Both the position numbers and the translations under genes were made by a program. This document shows, in pieces, positions 10,291 through 20,446 of a stretch of DNA of 64,000 nt (positions are counted from its first letter, which is position 1; the number at the start of each line of letters is the position of its first letter). This DNA is from Candidatus Marinacidobacterales bacterium (GTDB lineage: Bacteria > Acidobacteriota > Vicinamibacteria > Marinacidobacterales > SMYC01): contig CBDCYI010000004.1 in NCBI GenBank assembly GCA_965224085.1, positions 768,001-832,000 on the forward strand, in the 5' to 3' direction. Below the pieces are notes generated by a model. The model worked only from the letters and a program-made list of their open reading frames with translations. It had not been told where the DNA came from and ran no database searches.

Positions 10291-10527
10291 ACGAGGTCGT
10301 CACCTGCGGAGTGTCGAGCTTCCTTCACTCGGCGCGACCGCTGATGTGGTGAGAGTCGACGGCGCTTCGAGATTGGCGGGCGGTCAGCTCTCTCCGAAGC
10401 TCCCGTAGACCGAGCAAGTGCTCGTACGCAAGCCGCGGGATCTTCGAGGGCCGGTAGCATACGATCGGTGGTTGTGCCGCCAGGCGCAGAACTCCCGCGC
10501 AAGCCTCGGGAGGTCGCGACGGATCTC

Positions 10528-12111
10528 CTACTCTCCGTTGAGACGGTAGACGGTGGCGCCCACGGATCTGCGCTGTATCTTCTCCATCACGAAGTTTGGA
10601 ACGCTTGCTTCGAATGCCGGCGACCGCTCGAGATCGCCAAGCAAGGAGTTCCTGGACCGGTGCCACACCACCGTGGAGCCGTTTGGTCGCCGGAACTGAA
10701 ACGTGTCGAAGCGCGCGCCACCTGCCACCTCTCCGGACGCCACCGTCACCTCATAGAAGAAGAACAGGCTGCCCGGCGGCGGAGGTCTCGCGTGTACTCG
10801 ATCCCCGAGACCAACGCCTTTCCACCGAAGAAACGGGCCCGCACGATCCGCCAATCGCGGATCGGTGTAGACGGGTTCTTCGGCGCTGGCAACGAAGTCA
10901 ACCAGTGCCCGTTCCCCGAACATCGGGTTGCGCTCCATCAGATACAAGCACACCGAGTGGGTCGCAAAAAGCGTCGCGAGCGCTGCTCGAGCCAACCGAC
11001 GACGGGTGGTTGCCCCGATCCAGAAAGCGATGAGCACAATCGCGGCTAAGGCAGCCACCATGAAGTAGCGCGGTCGTGGTCGGAGCTGCACGACGTGAAC
11101 CACGATGACAAACCACAAGATTGCGAACGCCACCAACAATCGCAGGAAGCGCCGCTGTTCCGCCGAGACCGAGTTGCTGCGCCAGGCGATCCATCCGGCA
11201 GGAATGGCTAAGTAGAATAGGACACCGAAATCCGCTCGGAGGAAGAGATTGAGTGTTGAACATATGGTTCGATTGGAGGCGAGCTCGCACGGGTACCCGT
11301 GAATGGGGGCGATTTGAGGAAGGCGCGCGATCATAGGTCGAGAGATTGCCACGAGCCGATGCAGCGGGTCACCGCTTGTGAAGAGGTGCCAGGCCGCCTC
11401 GGCGGCGAACAGCGAGCCGAACCCGAGCGCGATGAAGAAGTACGCCCGTCGAGGCAAATAGAGACCGAGCAGGAATAGCACACCGTACAAAACCAGCAGC
11501 GCCACGATGGTTTCGTGGGACAACCACCCAAAGCCGGCTGCGATCCCCGCACCGAAGAGCAGGAGTGACGGACTCGGTGCCCGTGTGGCTCGACAGTAGA
11601 GCCACAGCGACAGCACTACGAAACACACGAGAGGCACGTCGACGCCGGCGATGGTCCCCTTCGTCACGAAAATTGGAAGCGTCGCGAGCAGGGCGCTCGA
11701 GATCAGCGCTGTTCTCCGATCCAAGAAATCCGCCACAGCAAGATAAGTCAAAACTACCAGAGCGAATAAGTACGCAGTTGTCGGCAGAACGAGCGCGAAC
11801 TCCGACTCCCCGAACAGAGCGATGGACGCCGCCGTGGGCAGAATCAAGCTCAGACGCAGTTCCTGATGATGAGAAGAAGGGCGTGGGGCCGCTTCATCGT
11901 TACCGCTCGATTCGAAATAGGAGATGAACTTCCTCGCGCCCACCAGGTATTGTCCGTCGTCGCTTGCGATGTAGCCCATCGGCACGAGCCAAAGGAGGGA
12001 GCACAGCAGGAACAAAACGGCGGCGATATCGAGCGCCTTTGTAGAAAACTCAACGTGGGACAGGGACGTCACAATATTGATTATTCTATAGTGTGGGACG
12101 CGCGAGTTCAT
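10528..12111 (-). CDS. ArnT/GT39-like membrane glycosyltransferase
   Basis: SDDGQY loop motif, LFGESEFAL, many TMs, RPRYF; start uncertain (ORF open to 12186). Confidence 0.75.
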   Translation of the reverse strand: MNSRVPHYRIINIVTSLSHVEFSTKALDIAAVLFLLCSLLWLVPMGYIASDDGQYLVGARKFISYFESSGNDEAAPRPSSHHQELRLSLILPTAASIALFGESEFALVLPTTAYLFALVVLTYLAVADFLDRRTALISSALLATLPIFVTKGTIAGVDVPLVCFVVLSLWLYCRATRAPSPSLLLFGAGIAAGFGWLSHETIVALLVLYGVLFLLGLYLPRRAYFFIALGFGSLFAAEAAWHLFTSGDPLHRLVAISRPMIARLPQIAPIHGYPCELASNRTICSTLNLFLRADFGVLFYLAIPAGWIAWRSNSVSAEQRRFLRLLVAFAILWFVIVVHVVQLRPRPRYFMVAALAAIVLIAFWIGATTRRRLARAALATLFATHSVCLYLMERNPMFGERALVDFVASAEEPVYTDPRLADRAGPFLRWKGVGLGDRVHARPPPPGSLFFFYEVTVASGEVAGGARFDTFQFRRPNGSTVVWHRSRNSLLGDLERSPAFEASVPNFVMEKIQRRSVGATVYRLNGE

Positions 12112-12280
12112 CACTCCCGATGACGGCGGGCTCGCGGCAGGTGACGCCGGACGTGGAGAAGTTTGGAACCAGTTCGTTCGCGCCAAAGCTCGCTTTCACG
12201 GGCCCCCAGAAGATCTCCCGTGCTCTCGCCGCAAATATGAACTTCCCCGTATAGAGGAAGAATGAACTAGAGTTCTTGCC

Positions 12281-13663
12281 GTGGATAGAACCATCAACTG
12301 GGTTGATGCGATGGTCTTCGCCGGCTACTTCGGAGCCGTAGTCTGGATCGGCTTCCGGGCCTGGCTCCGCAAGGGCAGCGAGGACTTCTTGATCGCCTCG
12401 CGCAACCTCGGCCCTTTTGCCAGCGCCGTCTCGCTCTGTGCAAGCAAGACCGGAGCCGGCGCTTTCATGACCCACACCGCCTATGTGTACCTCTACGGCA
12501 CTGCGGCCATGTGGGGGTTCGTCGGGGCCACGGCGGGTTACATCGCATTCTACTTTTTTGCGGATCGACTCAAAGAGCTCGCAGATCAGGGGAAATACTA
12601 CACGCTCCCCGACTATTTCTTCGACCGCTTTGGAACCGGGCCCGGGTATGCTTCCGGGCTGTCGCTGGTGATCATTTACGTGTTGGGACTGACGGGCCAG
12701 TGTGTCGGCGGCGCCAAGATCCTGGCCCTGATTACGGGTGCCAGCTACGGAGTCGGGCTAACCGTGATGATCGTTCTCATCGTGGGATACATTCTGATCG
12801 GCGGCTTCGCGGCGGTGGTTCGAACCGACATTCTGCAGTACCTCGCCATCTTCATATTGACGGTGATTCTCGCCGCGGCGCTGATGAATGGCAGTGCAGC
12901 GGGTAGTTGGAAGCACATCGATGTGACGCTGAAGCCGTCGATTTCGTTTGCGTTGTTCTTCGGTGCAGCGATGGTCCCGTTCGCGGCCGGCGATGTTTGG
13001 CAACGCGTTTACGCCACGCGAGGCCGGCTCGAGGCGCGTCGCAGCCTACTTTACGCGATCGTCATGTACGTCACTTTTGGGGCGCTGTTGACTTCGCTGG
13101 GGCTGCTGGTGAAAACGATGCTCCCCAACTCCGATCCTGACGTGGCGCTGATTCGCGCGTTTGGACTCTATTTGCCGTCCGGACTGATCGGCGCGGCAGG
13201 AGTCGTTGTTTACGCGGCGTTGATGTCCACCGCGGATACCAATCTGTATACCGCGGCTTCTGTCTTGGTCCAGGACTTACTCGGATTGACTCGCCGAGGC
13301 CAATCGCCCAAAACAGTGGTTCGGTGCATACGCGCAGCGACGGTACTGATCGGTTCCGTCGCGTTCGTCGTTGCGCTGCTGATCCCCGAACTCGTGCGGT
13401 TGGGTTTTCTTTACCTTGCGATGTACACCAGCGTCGGGGTCGTCGTATTGCTCAGCATTTTCGACCCTAGGCTAAGCCCGCCCGCGTTGGCCTGTGGTCT
13501 AGCGGCGGGCGCCTCTGCGGTTCTCGGTGGGTTTCTGATGGTCAGCAGCGCGTGGCTGATTTGGTTGGGCGCGGGGGCAAGCATTGGTGTCACACTACTC
13601 GTCGAAACCCTCGGCGGTCGACGGCAAACTGTACGGCCGGCGCGGCGCGAGACGACCCCATGA
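12281..13663 (+). CDS. Sodium:solute symporter family protein
   Basis: EDFLIASRNLG, YTLPDYFFDRFG, GGFAAVVRTDILQ, WQRVYA, AALMSTADT. Confidence 0.9.
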   Translation: MDRTINWVDAMVFAGYFGAVVWIGFRAWLRKGSEDFLIASRNLGPFASAVSLCASKTGAGAFMTHTAYVYLYGTAAMWGFVGATAGYIAFYFFADRLKELADQGKYYTLPDYFFDRFGTGPGYASGLSLVIIYVLGLTGQCVGGAKILALITGASYGVGLTVMIVLIVGYILIGGFAAVVRTDILQYLAIFILTVILAAALMNGSAAGSWKHIDVTLKPSISFALFFGAAMVPFAAGDVWQRVYATRGRLEARRSLLYAIVMYVTFGALLTSLGLLVKTMLPNSDPDVALIRAFGLYLPSGLIGAAGVVVYAALMSTADTNLYTAASVLVQDLLGLTRRGQSPKTVVRCIRAATVLIGSVAFVVALLIPELVRLGFLYLAMYTSVGVVVLLSIFDPRLSPPALACGLAAGASAVLGGFLMVSSAWLIWLGAGASIGVTLLVETLGGRRQTVRPARRETTP

Positions 13664-13819
13664 GTCCTCCGGATTGCGGTGACCGTCAGCCGGCACGGCA
13701 ACGAGAGTGGCACATGCGTCGTTTCGAAGCTCATGCAAACGCGAGCCGGGCGTCCCACGGCAAGGGGACGCAACGTGGAATCTGCGCCCCCGGGCGGTTC
13801 GTTCGCATCGAACAGCCCA

Positions 13820-14140
13820 CAGGTCCTGCTGGCGACCAGACCGTTCTCATGACTGTTGGGGACGGGTTCAGCCACGACGGTCCGACTGCCGTGTATTCTC
13901 AGACGGGAAAGACGAAAATCTTGATCGAGCGCGGGCGGGACGCCCGCTATCTGCCAACCGGGCACCTCGTCGGTCGTCCGAAACGGAACGCTCATGGCCG
14001 CTCCGTTCGATCTCGAAGCACTCGAGCTCTCGGGCAGCTCCCGTCCCGATGGCGGAGGGCGTCACGACCGCCCGGGAATCCGCCGCCGCGGCGTAGTTCA
14101 GCGTTTCGGAAACGGGCACGTCGGTCTATTAGACCGGTAC
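13820..14140 (+). pseudogene. Degraded beta-propeller (TolB-like) segment of a Ser/Thr kinase-type protein
   Basis: Across frames: KILIERGRDARYLPTGHLV, GTLMAAPFDLEALELSGS, PVPMAEGV, A*FSVSETGTSVY*; frameshifts and in-frame TAGs. Confidence 0.6.
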
Positions 14141-14563
14141 CGCTCGGGCAAAGCGGACCCTCCCGTGGGTTAGTTTCGTCGACTTGACCGGAATCTACCG
14201 AGAACGCCCAGAGCCTCTCTACGTTGACGATGGTTGTCATATGAATCTCGCTGGCCAAACGATCATAATCCGCTCGAAGCGATTGACCAATCGGCAGAAA
14301 ACTGATAGCGACTCTCGCACTACCTCGAGCGGAGCCCCCTTCGGCCCGCATCTGGCCGACCAGTCGACTTGATCGCGAGAACGTTCTTTGCGGCATCCCC
14401 TAAATCGTCATATCCTTCATTTCAGGAATCCTCCTGGATGCTTTCGTTTAACTGATTCTGGCGAGATCCGCCGGCTCGTCCTCTCGGCAGTGGGAAGTGT
14501 CGCATGAGGTCGCGCAAGAGGGAGAGGGGCCGAGATTTTCATGAATTACTGATACAGGGCATT

Positions 14564-14729
14564 AGTGCTCGAACCCGCTAATCCTCGGTAGAGTCCGAGG
14601 TCATTCTTGGTGCTGGCAAGGCCGCTCCGACGACTTCATATCTAGACTAGATATTTCGAGGAGGAGCAACGCAGCCAGCGCCGAAAAAGGACCCGGAATT
14701 TACCGGCAGGATTAGCAGGTTCGGGCACT
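14564..14729. mobile_element. MITE-like element with long terminal inverted repeats
   Basis: Left AGTGCTCGAACCCGCTAATCCT vs reverse complement of right end AGTGCCCGAACCTGCTAATCCT (20/22), extending imperfectly to ~40 bp; 166 bp, intergenic. Confidence 0.55.
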
Positions 14730-14958
14730 GGGCTCGTGCACGTGGAGAGAATGAGATTTCTCGAGCTGGAATTTGCTTTGTCCCAGAGCTTTGGTCTCGG
14801 TGGAGGGAGCGCTTCCTTTCGCGTCCGGGGTGCTACGCACGCCGTGGCCACGGCGACATCGTTCTCCGTGCTCCTGATTCTAAGCTGGATCCTGGGTACG
14901 GACGACGCGATGATATCGACGAAGACATGGCCTCGGTGACGGACGCGTAAGGAGGAAT

Positions 14959-15795
14959 TTGACCTTGATCGAAATGCGCGAGCTCATCGAAAATCTCGCC
15001 GTCGATTACGGCGCTCGCATTCTGGGCGTCATCGTCCTGCTCATCGCTGCCTGGATCGTTTCCGCTTTTGCCGGACGCGTCGTCGTTCGCGTTCTCGAGA
15101 AGGCGCGGTTCGGCCTCACCCTCACCAAGTTCTTCGGGAGCGCCGCCCGTTGGTTCACCTTGATTCTCGCTGGCATCGCCGCTCTCGGCGTCCTCGGGGT
15201 CGAGACGACGAGCTTCGCGGCCGTCATCGCCGCCGGGGGCCTCGCTGTGGCCCTGGCCTTTCAGGGCACGCTCAGCAACTTCGCCTCTGGCGTCATGCTG
15301 CTGGTGTTTCGGCCCTTCAAGGTCGGCGACGTGGTTGAAGTCGCGGGAGTGACGGGACAGACGGACGAGATCGGCCTCTTCCAGACGACCGTCGATACCT
15401 TCGACAACCGGCGGGTCGTGCTTCCAAACAGCTCGATCTTCGGCTCCACCATCGAGAACATGAGCCACCACGAGACACGCCGGGCCGAGGTTCCCGTCGG
15501 TGTCGATTACGGCGCCGACATCGACCGGACGCGCGAAGTTCTCGAGGAGGCGGCGAGAAGCGTTCCCGGCTGCCTCTCCGATCCCGGGCCCCAAGTTGTC
15601 CTCACCGGACTGGGTGCTTCGTCCGTAGACTGGGAGGTGCGCATCTGGGCGTCCGCGGACGACCTGTTCTCGGTCAAGCAAGCGACCGTCCGTGCCGTCA
15701 AAATAGCGCTCGACGAGACCGGTATTCCGATCCCCTTTCCTCAGCTCGACGTCCACCTCGACGCCGAGCGCAAAGGAGAGACCATCGTTCGATGA
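14959..15795 (+). CDS. mscS: Small-conductance mechanosensitive channel
   Basis: GLAVALAFQGTLSNFASG, RPFKVGD, IPIPFPQLDVH; RBS AAGGAGG before TTG. Confidence 0.92.
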   Translation: MTLIEMRELIENLAVDYGARILGVIVLLIAAWIVSAFAGRVVVRVLEKARFGLTLTKFFGSAARWFTLILAGIAALGVLGVETTSFAAVIAAGGLAVALAFQGTLSNFASGVMLLVFRPFKVGDVVEVAGVTGQTDEIGLFQTTVDTFDNRRVVLPNSSIFGSTIENMSHHETRRAEVPVGVDYGADIDRTREVLEEAARSVPGCLSDPGPQVVLTGLGASSVDWEVRIWASADDLFSVKQATVRAVKIALDETGIPIPFPQLDVHLDAERKGETIVR

Positions 15796-16053
15796 CGCGA
15801 TGGGCTTCGATCGCGGCGGGATTTTAGCCGGACGATTTTCGCACCACCAACGCAGTATTCTCATCGCGCCAGGAGATGTGGTCGATGTCCAGGAAATGGC
15901 GCCGGAGGTTCCGCTGGAACTGCCTCATCGCCCAATCGAACTCGGCGGCCTCGTAGAGCGCGAAGGTCGAGTAGTGACGGTTTCTCGCCTGCTCCTCTAG
16001 CACCTAGCGGACGAGCGCCTGGATTTGCTGTGATGCCGCGCCTACCTTGCTCG

Positions 16054-16182
16054 TTACCGCACACAACGCCGGACGACCTGGCTCACGATGATCGAAACGG
16101 CGATCCGCAAACCGCGAATGCAGGCTCTGCCCATAACGCGGGGGTCGAACGTGATTCGACCAAACGTGGTTTCACCGGCCAT
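16054..16182 (-). pseudogene. Truncated DUF433 (antitoxin-like) gene
   Basis: Manual translation MAGETTFGRITFDPRVMGRACIRGLRIAVSIIVSQVVRRCVR*; matches the DUF433 N-terminus; below ORF-track cutoff. Confidence 0.7.
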
Positions 16183-16326
16183 CTTCGGACTCCCGCGCAT
16201 GCATTCGACCTGAAACGGTCTCCGCGCGTCCCTTTGCTCAACGACTTCGTGGCTAGCTTGTGCCGGAGGTTGGAAGTCAGGGCGGGAAAATGAGTCAAAT
16301 CATTGGAGAGGTGCTCCTTTGTTTTA

Positions 16327-16402
16327 TGGTGCCGGGGGCCAGAATTGAACTGGCGACGCAAGGATTTTCAGTCCTTCGCTCTACCGACTGAGCTACCCCG
16401 GC
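16327..16402 (-). tRNA. tRNA-Phe(GAA)
   Basis: GCCGGGGTAGCTCAGTCGGTAGAGCGAAGGACTGAAAATCCTTGCGTCGCCAGTTCAATTCTGGCCCCCGGCACCA; 76 nt, encoded CCA. Confidence 0.97.
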
Positions 16403-16415
16403 AAAAGAGCCCCCC

Positions 16416-16443
16416 ATTCTAGCGGCGGGCGGAGAAAAGTCAA
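16416..16443 (-). promoter_or_regulatory. sigma70 promoter of tRNA-Phe
   Basis: TTGACT-N16-TAGAAT, ending 13 nt before the tRNA. Confidence 0.75.
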
Positions 16444-16450
16444 GATGCGG

Positions 16451-16494
16451 AAAAAGTGCGGCCGGAGCCTCGCGGGGGGGTGCGGGCTCCGGCC
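16451..16494 (-). terminator. Intrinsic terminator after recA
   Basis: GGCCGGAGCC...GGCTCCGGCC stem followed by GCACTTTTT on the minus strand. Confidence 0.65.
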
Positions 16495-16509
16495 TTCGCC
16501 CCGAGGGGC

Positions 16510-17619
16510 TTAAGCTCGTGGGCGTCCCGCGACTTTGACCTCGCGGGGGCCGCTTCGCGCTTTCGACGCCTTCGGGGCAGCGGCCTCCTCTTCATTTGCG
16601 GCGGGTTGGGCTGCGCCGTCCGAGGTTAGGCCGAGTTCCTTACGTAATTGGCTCTCCATTTTCTGGGCCACGTCTTGCTTGTCCATGAGGAAGCGCCGAG
16701 CGTTCTCGCGGCCCTGACCGATACGCTCTTCTCCGTAGGAATACCACGCGCCGCTCTTTTCAATGATGTTGTACGACACGGCGAGGTCGAGGAGATCGCC
16801 CTCTTTCGAGATCCCTTTACCATAAAGAATGTCGAACTCTGCTTGGCGGAAGGGCGCGGCGACTTTGTTCTTGACGACTTTGACTCGTGTGCGGTTGCCC
16901 ACGACCTGGTCGCCGTCTTTGATGGACGCGGTCCGCCGGATGTCGACACGGACTGAAGAATAAAATTTCAGCGCCCGGCCGCCTGTCGTCGTCTCGGGAT
17001 TCCCGAACATCACGCCGATCTTTTCGCGGATCTGGTTGATGAAAATGAGACAGGTGTTCGATTTCGACGTGATGGCTGTGAGCTTTCTCATCGCTTGCGA
17101 CATCAAGCGCGCTTGAAGACCCATCTGCGCATCACCCATTTCGCCGTCGAGCTCGGCGCGTGGCACGAGCGCCGCGACCGAGTCCACCACGATGACGTCG
17201 ACCGCGCCGCTCCGGATGAGCACTTCGGTGATCTCGAGTGCCTGCTCACCGCTATCGGGCTGCGAGACGAGCAGCTCGTCCGTGTCGACACCGAGCGCTT
17301 TCGCGTAGACCGCGTCGAGCGCATGCTCGGCATCCACGAAGGCAGCCATGCCGCCCGTTTTTTGCGCTTCGGCAATGATGTGAATCGCGAGCGTGGTCTT
17401 ACCTGAAGATTCAGGTCCGTAGATCTCGACGACGCGCCCTCTGGGCATCCCGCCCACACCGAGCGCGGCATCGATCGATATCGAGCCGGTAGAGATGGAC
17501 GTTACATCCGCTGTATCGCGCGAGCCGAGCTTTATGATCGATCCTTTGCCGAACTGCTTTTCGATCTGGCCCAACGCCATGTCGATCGCTTTGGACCGTC
17601 CGTCTTTGTCTTCCGCCAT
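16510..17619 (-). CDS. recA: Recombinase A
   Basis: [45 protein letters not shown]; RBS AAAGGAG before ATG 17619. Confidence 0.98.
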   Translation of the reverse strand: MAEDKDGRSKAIDMALGQIEKQFGKGSIIKLGSRDTADVTSISTGSISIDAALGVGGMPRGRVVEIYGPESSGKTTLAIHIIAEAQKTGGMAAFVDAEHALDAVYAKALGVDTDELLVSQPDSGEQALEITEVLIRSGAVDVIVVDSVAALVPRAELDGEMGDAQMGLQARLMSQAMRKLTAITSKSNTCLIFINQIREKIGVMFGNPETTTGGRALKFYSSVRVDIRRTASIKDGDQVVGNRTRVKVVKNKVAAPFRQAEFDILYGKGISKEGDLLDLAVSYNIIEKSGAWYSYGEERIGQGRENARRFLMDKQDVAQKMESQLRKELGLTSDGAAQPAANEEEAAAPKASKARSGPREVKVAGRPRA

Positions 17620-17630
17620 GGTTCTCCTTT

Positions 17631-17780
17631 CCGGGAGGCTACCCCGTGTAGCCTTCGGATCGTGTTCTGGTTCGACTTCGGGGAAGTCGTAGGACTCCCC
17701 ACCACCGGAGACGACCCATGCAACGGCCGCGCTCTGGCTCTTCTCCATCTAGACGAAATCGAGACGTTGTAACCTCCCGG
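17631..17780 (-). ncRNA. Candidate structured 5' leader RNA of recA
   Basis: 12-bp closing stem CCGGGAGGTTAC/GTAGCCTCCCGG plus internal stems TCGATTTCG/CGAAGTCGA, GGAGA/TCTCC, GGGGAGTC/GACTTCCCC. Confidence 0.45.
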
Positions 17781-17791
17781 TCGGCGGGAGC

Positions 17792-17838
17792 CTACCACAT
17801 ATAGAGTGCTCAAGCCAATCACCCACCGGATATAGATG
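17792..17838. promoter_or_regulatory. Tandem NrdR-box-like sites overlapping the putative recA promoter
   Basis: CTACCACATATAGAGT (17792) and CCACCGGATATAGATG (17823), 31 bp apart; extended -10 TGGTAGGCT on minus strand at 17789-17797. Confidence 0.4.
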
Positions 17839-17857
17839 TGTTACGCTCTCGTTTCCG

Positions 17858-18376
17858 ATGCCAACACCTGTCGCTCACGCTCTCGCCGGCGCTGCTGTTC
17901 ATCTCGCTGCGCGTCAAGATCAAGACCGCCGGGAAAACTTCTTGCGGTTCGGAGTCACCGTCTTCGCTGCTTGTGCCGCCGATCTCGATTTCGGGATCAG
18001 CTTTCTCTCCGGTCACAACTATCACCATTATTTCACCCATAGCCTCGGGTTCGCCACTTTTTTTTGCTTGGCGGCGTATTTTTTCGCCCGTTGGGCCAAA
18101 CGGTCTCTTCCCGAGCGGGACGCGTGGATACTCGGCGTGGCCTACGTCACGCACATCGTCTTGGACATGTTCTCCAAAGACACGGCCGCACCTTTCGGGG
18201 TGGCGCTTCTATGGCCGTTCTCGGATACGTTCACCATCTCGCCCGTGCCGCTCTTCGACGATATCTGGAGAGGGTCGCTCAAAAAGCTCCTCGGACTCCA
18301 CAATTGGCTCGCGGTGGCGCGTGAAATCGCGATCGTGGGGCCGGTCGTCGCGCTCGTGTGGTGGCGGCGCCGTTAG
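17858..18376 (+). CDS. Metal-dependent inner-membrane hydrolase (YdjM/YbcI family)
   Basis: MPTPVAHALAG, ADLDF, HHYFTHSL, THIVLD, LLWPFS. Confidence 0.85.
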   Translation: MPTPVAHALAGAAVHLAARQDQDRRENFLRFGVTVFAACAADLDFGISFLSGHNYHHYFTHSLGFATFFCLAAYFFARWAKRSLPERDAWILGVAYVTHIVLDMFSKDTAAPFGVALLWPFSDTFTISPVPLFDDIWRGSLKKLLGLHNWLAVAREIAIVGPVVALVWWRRR

Positions 18377-18382
18377 GACGAG

Positions 18383-19234
18383 TCAGTCCGAGTACTCGTA
18401 GAATCCCTTCCCGCTCTTCCGGCCCAGATAACCGGCATCCACCATCTTCTTCAGTAGCGGGCACGGCCGGTACTTGGGATCGCCAATGCCGTCGTGCAGC
18501 ACTTCCATGACGCTCAAACAAACATCGAGGCCGACGAAGTCCGCGAGCGTGAGCGGCCCCATCGGGTGGTTCATGCCGAGCTTCATGACCGTATCGATCG
18601 CCTCGGGACTGGCGACGCCTTCCATATAAGCGAAGATCGCTTCGTTGATGAGCGGCATCAAGACACGGTTCGAGACGAAGCCAGGGGCGTCGTTGACCTC
18701 AACGGGTATCTTGCCGAGCTTTTTCGAAAGCTCTTCCGTCACTCGATAGGTCTCGTCCGACGTCGCCAACCCGCGAATGATCTCGACGAGCTTCATCACC
18801 GGCACGGGGTTCATGAAATGCATCCCGATGAAGCGGTCGGGGCGCGACATCATCGCCCCCAGCTTCGTGATCGAGATCGACGACGTGTTGCTCGCGAGAA
18901 TCGCCTCGGGAGCCGTGATGCGATCGAGCTCTTCGAAGATGGCCCGCTTCGCGTCGCTATTCTCGATGATGGCTTCCACGACGAACGGGGCGTCCTTGGC
19001 GGGCTCGAGCTCCGTTCCCGAGCGCACTCGAGCAAAAGCCGCTTTCGCGTCGTCGTCCGTGAGTTTTTCCTTTTTCACCAAACGCGCGAGACTTTTTTCG
19101 ATGGCGCCGCGGCCACGGTCGACAAACGCGTCTTCGACGTCGCGTAGATAAACTTCGAATCCCGATTGCGCGAAGACTTGAGCGATGCCACTTCCCATCG
19201 TGCCCGCACCCATGACGGCGATTTTTTCGATCAT
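18383..19234 (-). CDS. hbd: 3-hydroxybutyryl-CoA dehydrogenase
   Basis: [46 protein letters not shown]. Confidence 0.93.
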   Translation of the reverse strand: MIEKIAVMGAGTMGSGIAQVFAQSGFEVYLRDVEDAFVDRGRGAIEKSLARLVKKEKLTDDDAKAAFARVRSGTELEPAKDAPFVVEAIIENSDAKRAIFEELDRITAPEAILASNTSSISITKLGAMMSRPDRFIGMHFMNPVPVMKLVEIIRGLATSDETYRVTEELSKKLGKIPVEVNDAPGFVSNRVLMPLINEAIFAYMEGVASPEAIDTVMKLGMNHPMGPLTLADFVGLDVCLSVMEVLHDGIGDPKYRPCPLLKKMVDAGYLGRKSGKGFYEYSD

Positions 19235-19248
19235 TTTCTTCGACGGCC

Positions 19249-20442
19249 TCACGAAACCAGCTCGATCGCGAGAGCGACGCCGTTGCCGCCCCCGAGACAG
19301 AGCGTCGCCACACCGCGGCGGCCGCTGCGATCTTTCAACGCATGTACCAGCGTCGTGAGAACACGCGCGCCGCTCGCGCCAATCGGATGGCCGAGGGCGA
19401 CCGCGCCCCCATGAATATTCGTCTTCGCCGCATCGAGGTTGAGCTCTTTCGTGACGGCGCACGCTTGCACCGAGAAGGCTTCGTTGAGCTCGATGAGATC
19501 AACGTCATCGTTGCTCCAGCCTGTCTTCTCGAGCAGCTTTTGTACCGCCGGAACGGGTGTCATCATCACCCACTCTGGCTCGAGACCCGAAATCGCTTGG
19601 GCGACGATGCGCGCGATCGGCTTCAGACCCCGCTTTTCCACCGCCGCCGCCGAGGCGACAACGAGCGCCGCAGCGCCATCGTTCATTCCCGGCGCGTTTC
19701 CGGCTGTCACCGTGCCGGCCTTCTTGAACACGGGTTTCAGCTGCGAGAGCCCCTCCACCGTCGTATCGGCGCGGATGGGCTCATCCGTATCCATGACAAC
19801 TGGGTCGCCCTTTCGTTGCGGGACGTCTATCGGCAGAATCTCGTCCCGAAATTTCCCGGCCGCGGTCGCCTCCGCCGCGCGCCGATGGCTCTCGGCCGCG
19901 TAAGCGTCCATTTGCTCGCGCGAGACATCATATTTCTCGGCGACCATCTCGCCGGTGATGCCCATGTGAAAATCGTTGTAGATATCCCAGAGCCCATCGT
20001 GAACGACGGCGTCGACAAGCTCGCCGTGGCCAAGCCTCAAGCCTTCACGCATCCGCGGGATGAGGTAAGGGGCGTTCGACATCGACTCCATGCCACCAGC
20101 GACAACCACGTCTGCGTCGCCCGCGGCAATCGCCTGGCGTGCGAGCATGACGGCTTTTAATCCGGAACCGCAAACTTTGTTGATCGAAAGCGCCGCCACC
20201 GCTTTTGGCAATCCCGCACCGAGCGCTGCCTGGCGCGCAGGGTTTTGTCCCAGCCCGGCCGAGACGACGTTGCCCATGATGACCTCGTCGATATTGTTGG
20301 GCTCTGCTGGCTTCAGTCCCGCGCGGCTCACGGCTTCACGAATCACGAGCGCGCCGAGCTCGGTAGCCTTGAACGGCTTCAAAGCTCCCAGAAACTTGCC
20401 CGTCGGCGTCCTTACGGCGCTGACGATGAATATGTCGTCCAT
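19249..20442 (-). CDS. atoB: Acetyl-CoA C-acetyltransferase (thiolase)
   Basis: [27 protein letters not shown]. Confidence 0.93.
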   Translation of the reverse strand: MDDIFIVSAVRTPTGKFLGALKPFKATELGALVIREAVSRAGLKPAEPNNIDEVIMGNVVSAGLGQNPARQAALGAGLPKAVAALSINKVCGSGLKAVMLARQAIAAGDADVVVAGGMESMSNAPYLIPRMREGLRLGHGELVDAVVHDGLWDIYNDFHMGITGEMVAEKYDVSREQMDAYAAESHRRAAEATAAGKFRDEILPIDVPQRKGDPVVMDTDEPIRADTTVEGLSQLKPVFKKAGTVTAGNAPGMNDGAAALVVASAAAVEKRGLKPIARIVAQAISGLEPEWVMMTPVPAVQKLLEKTGWSNDDVDLIELNEAFSVQACAVTKELNLDAAKTNIHGGAVALGHPIGASGARVLTTLVHALKDRSGRRGVATLCLGGGNGVALAIELVS

Positions 20443-20446
20443 CGAA

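Noticed and set aside
14090-14135. TAG recoding (in-frame TAGs here and at ~23622)
   Set aside because: Only in fragmentary remnants; intact genes in the window terminate at TAG normally
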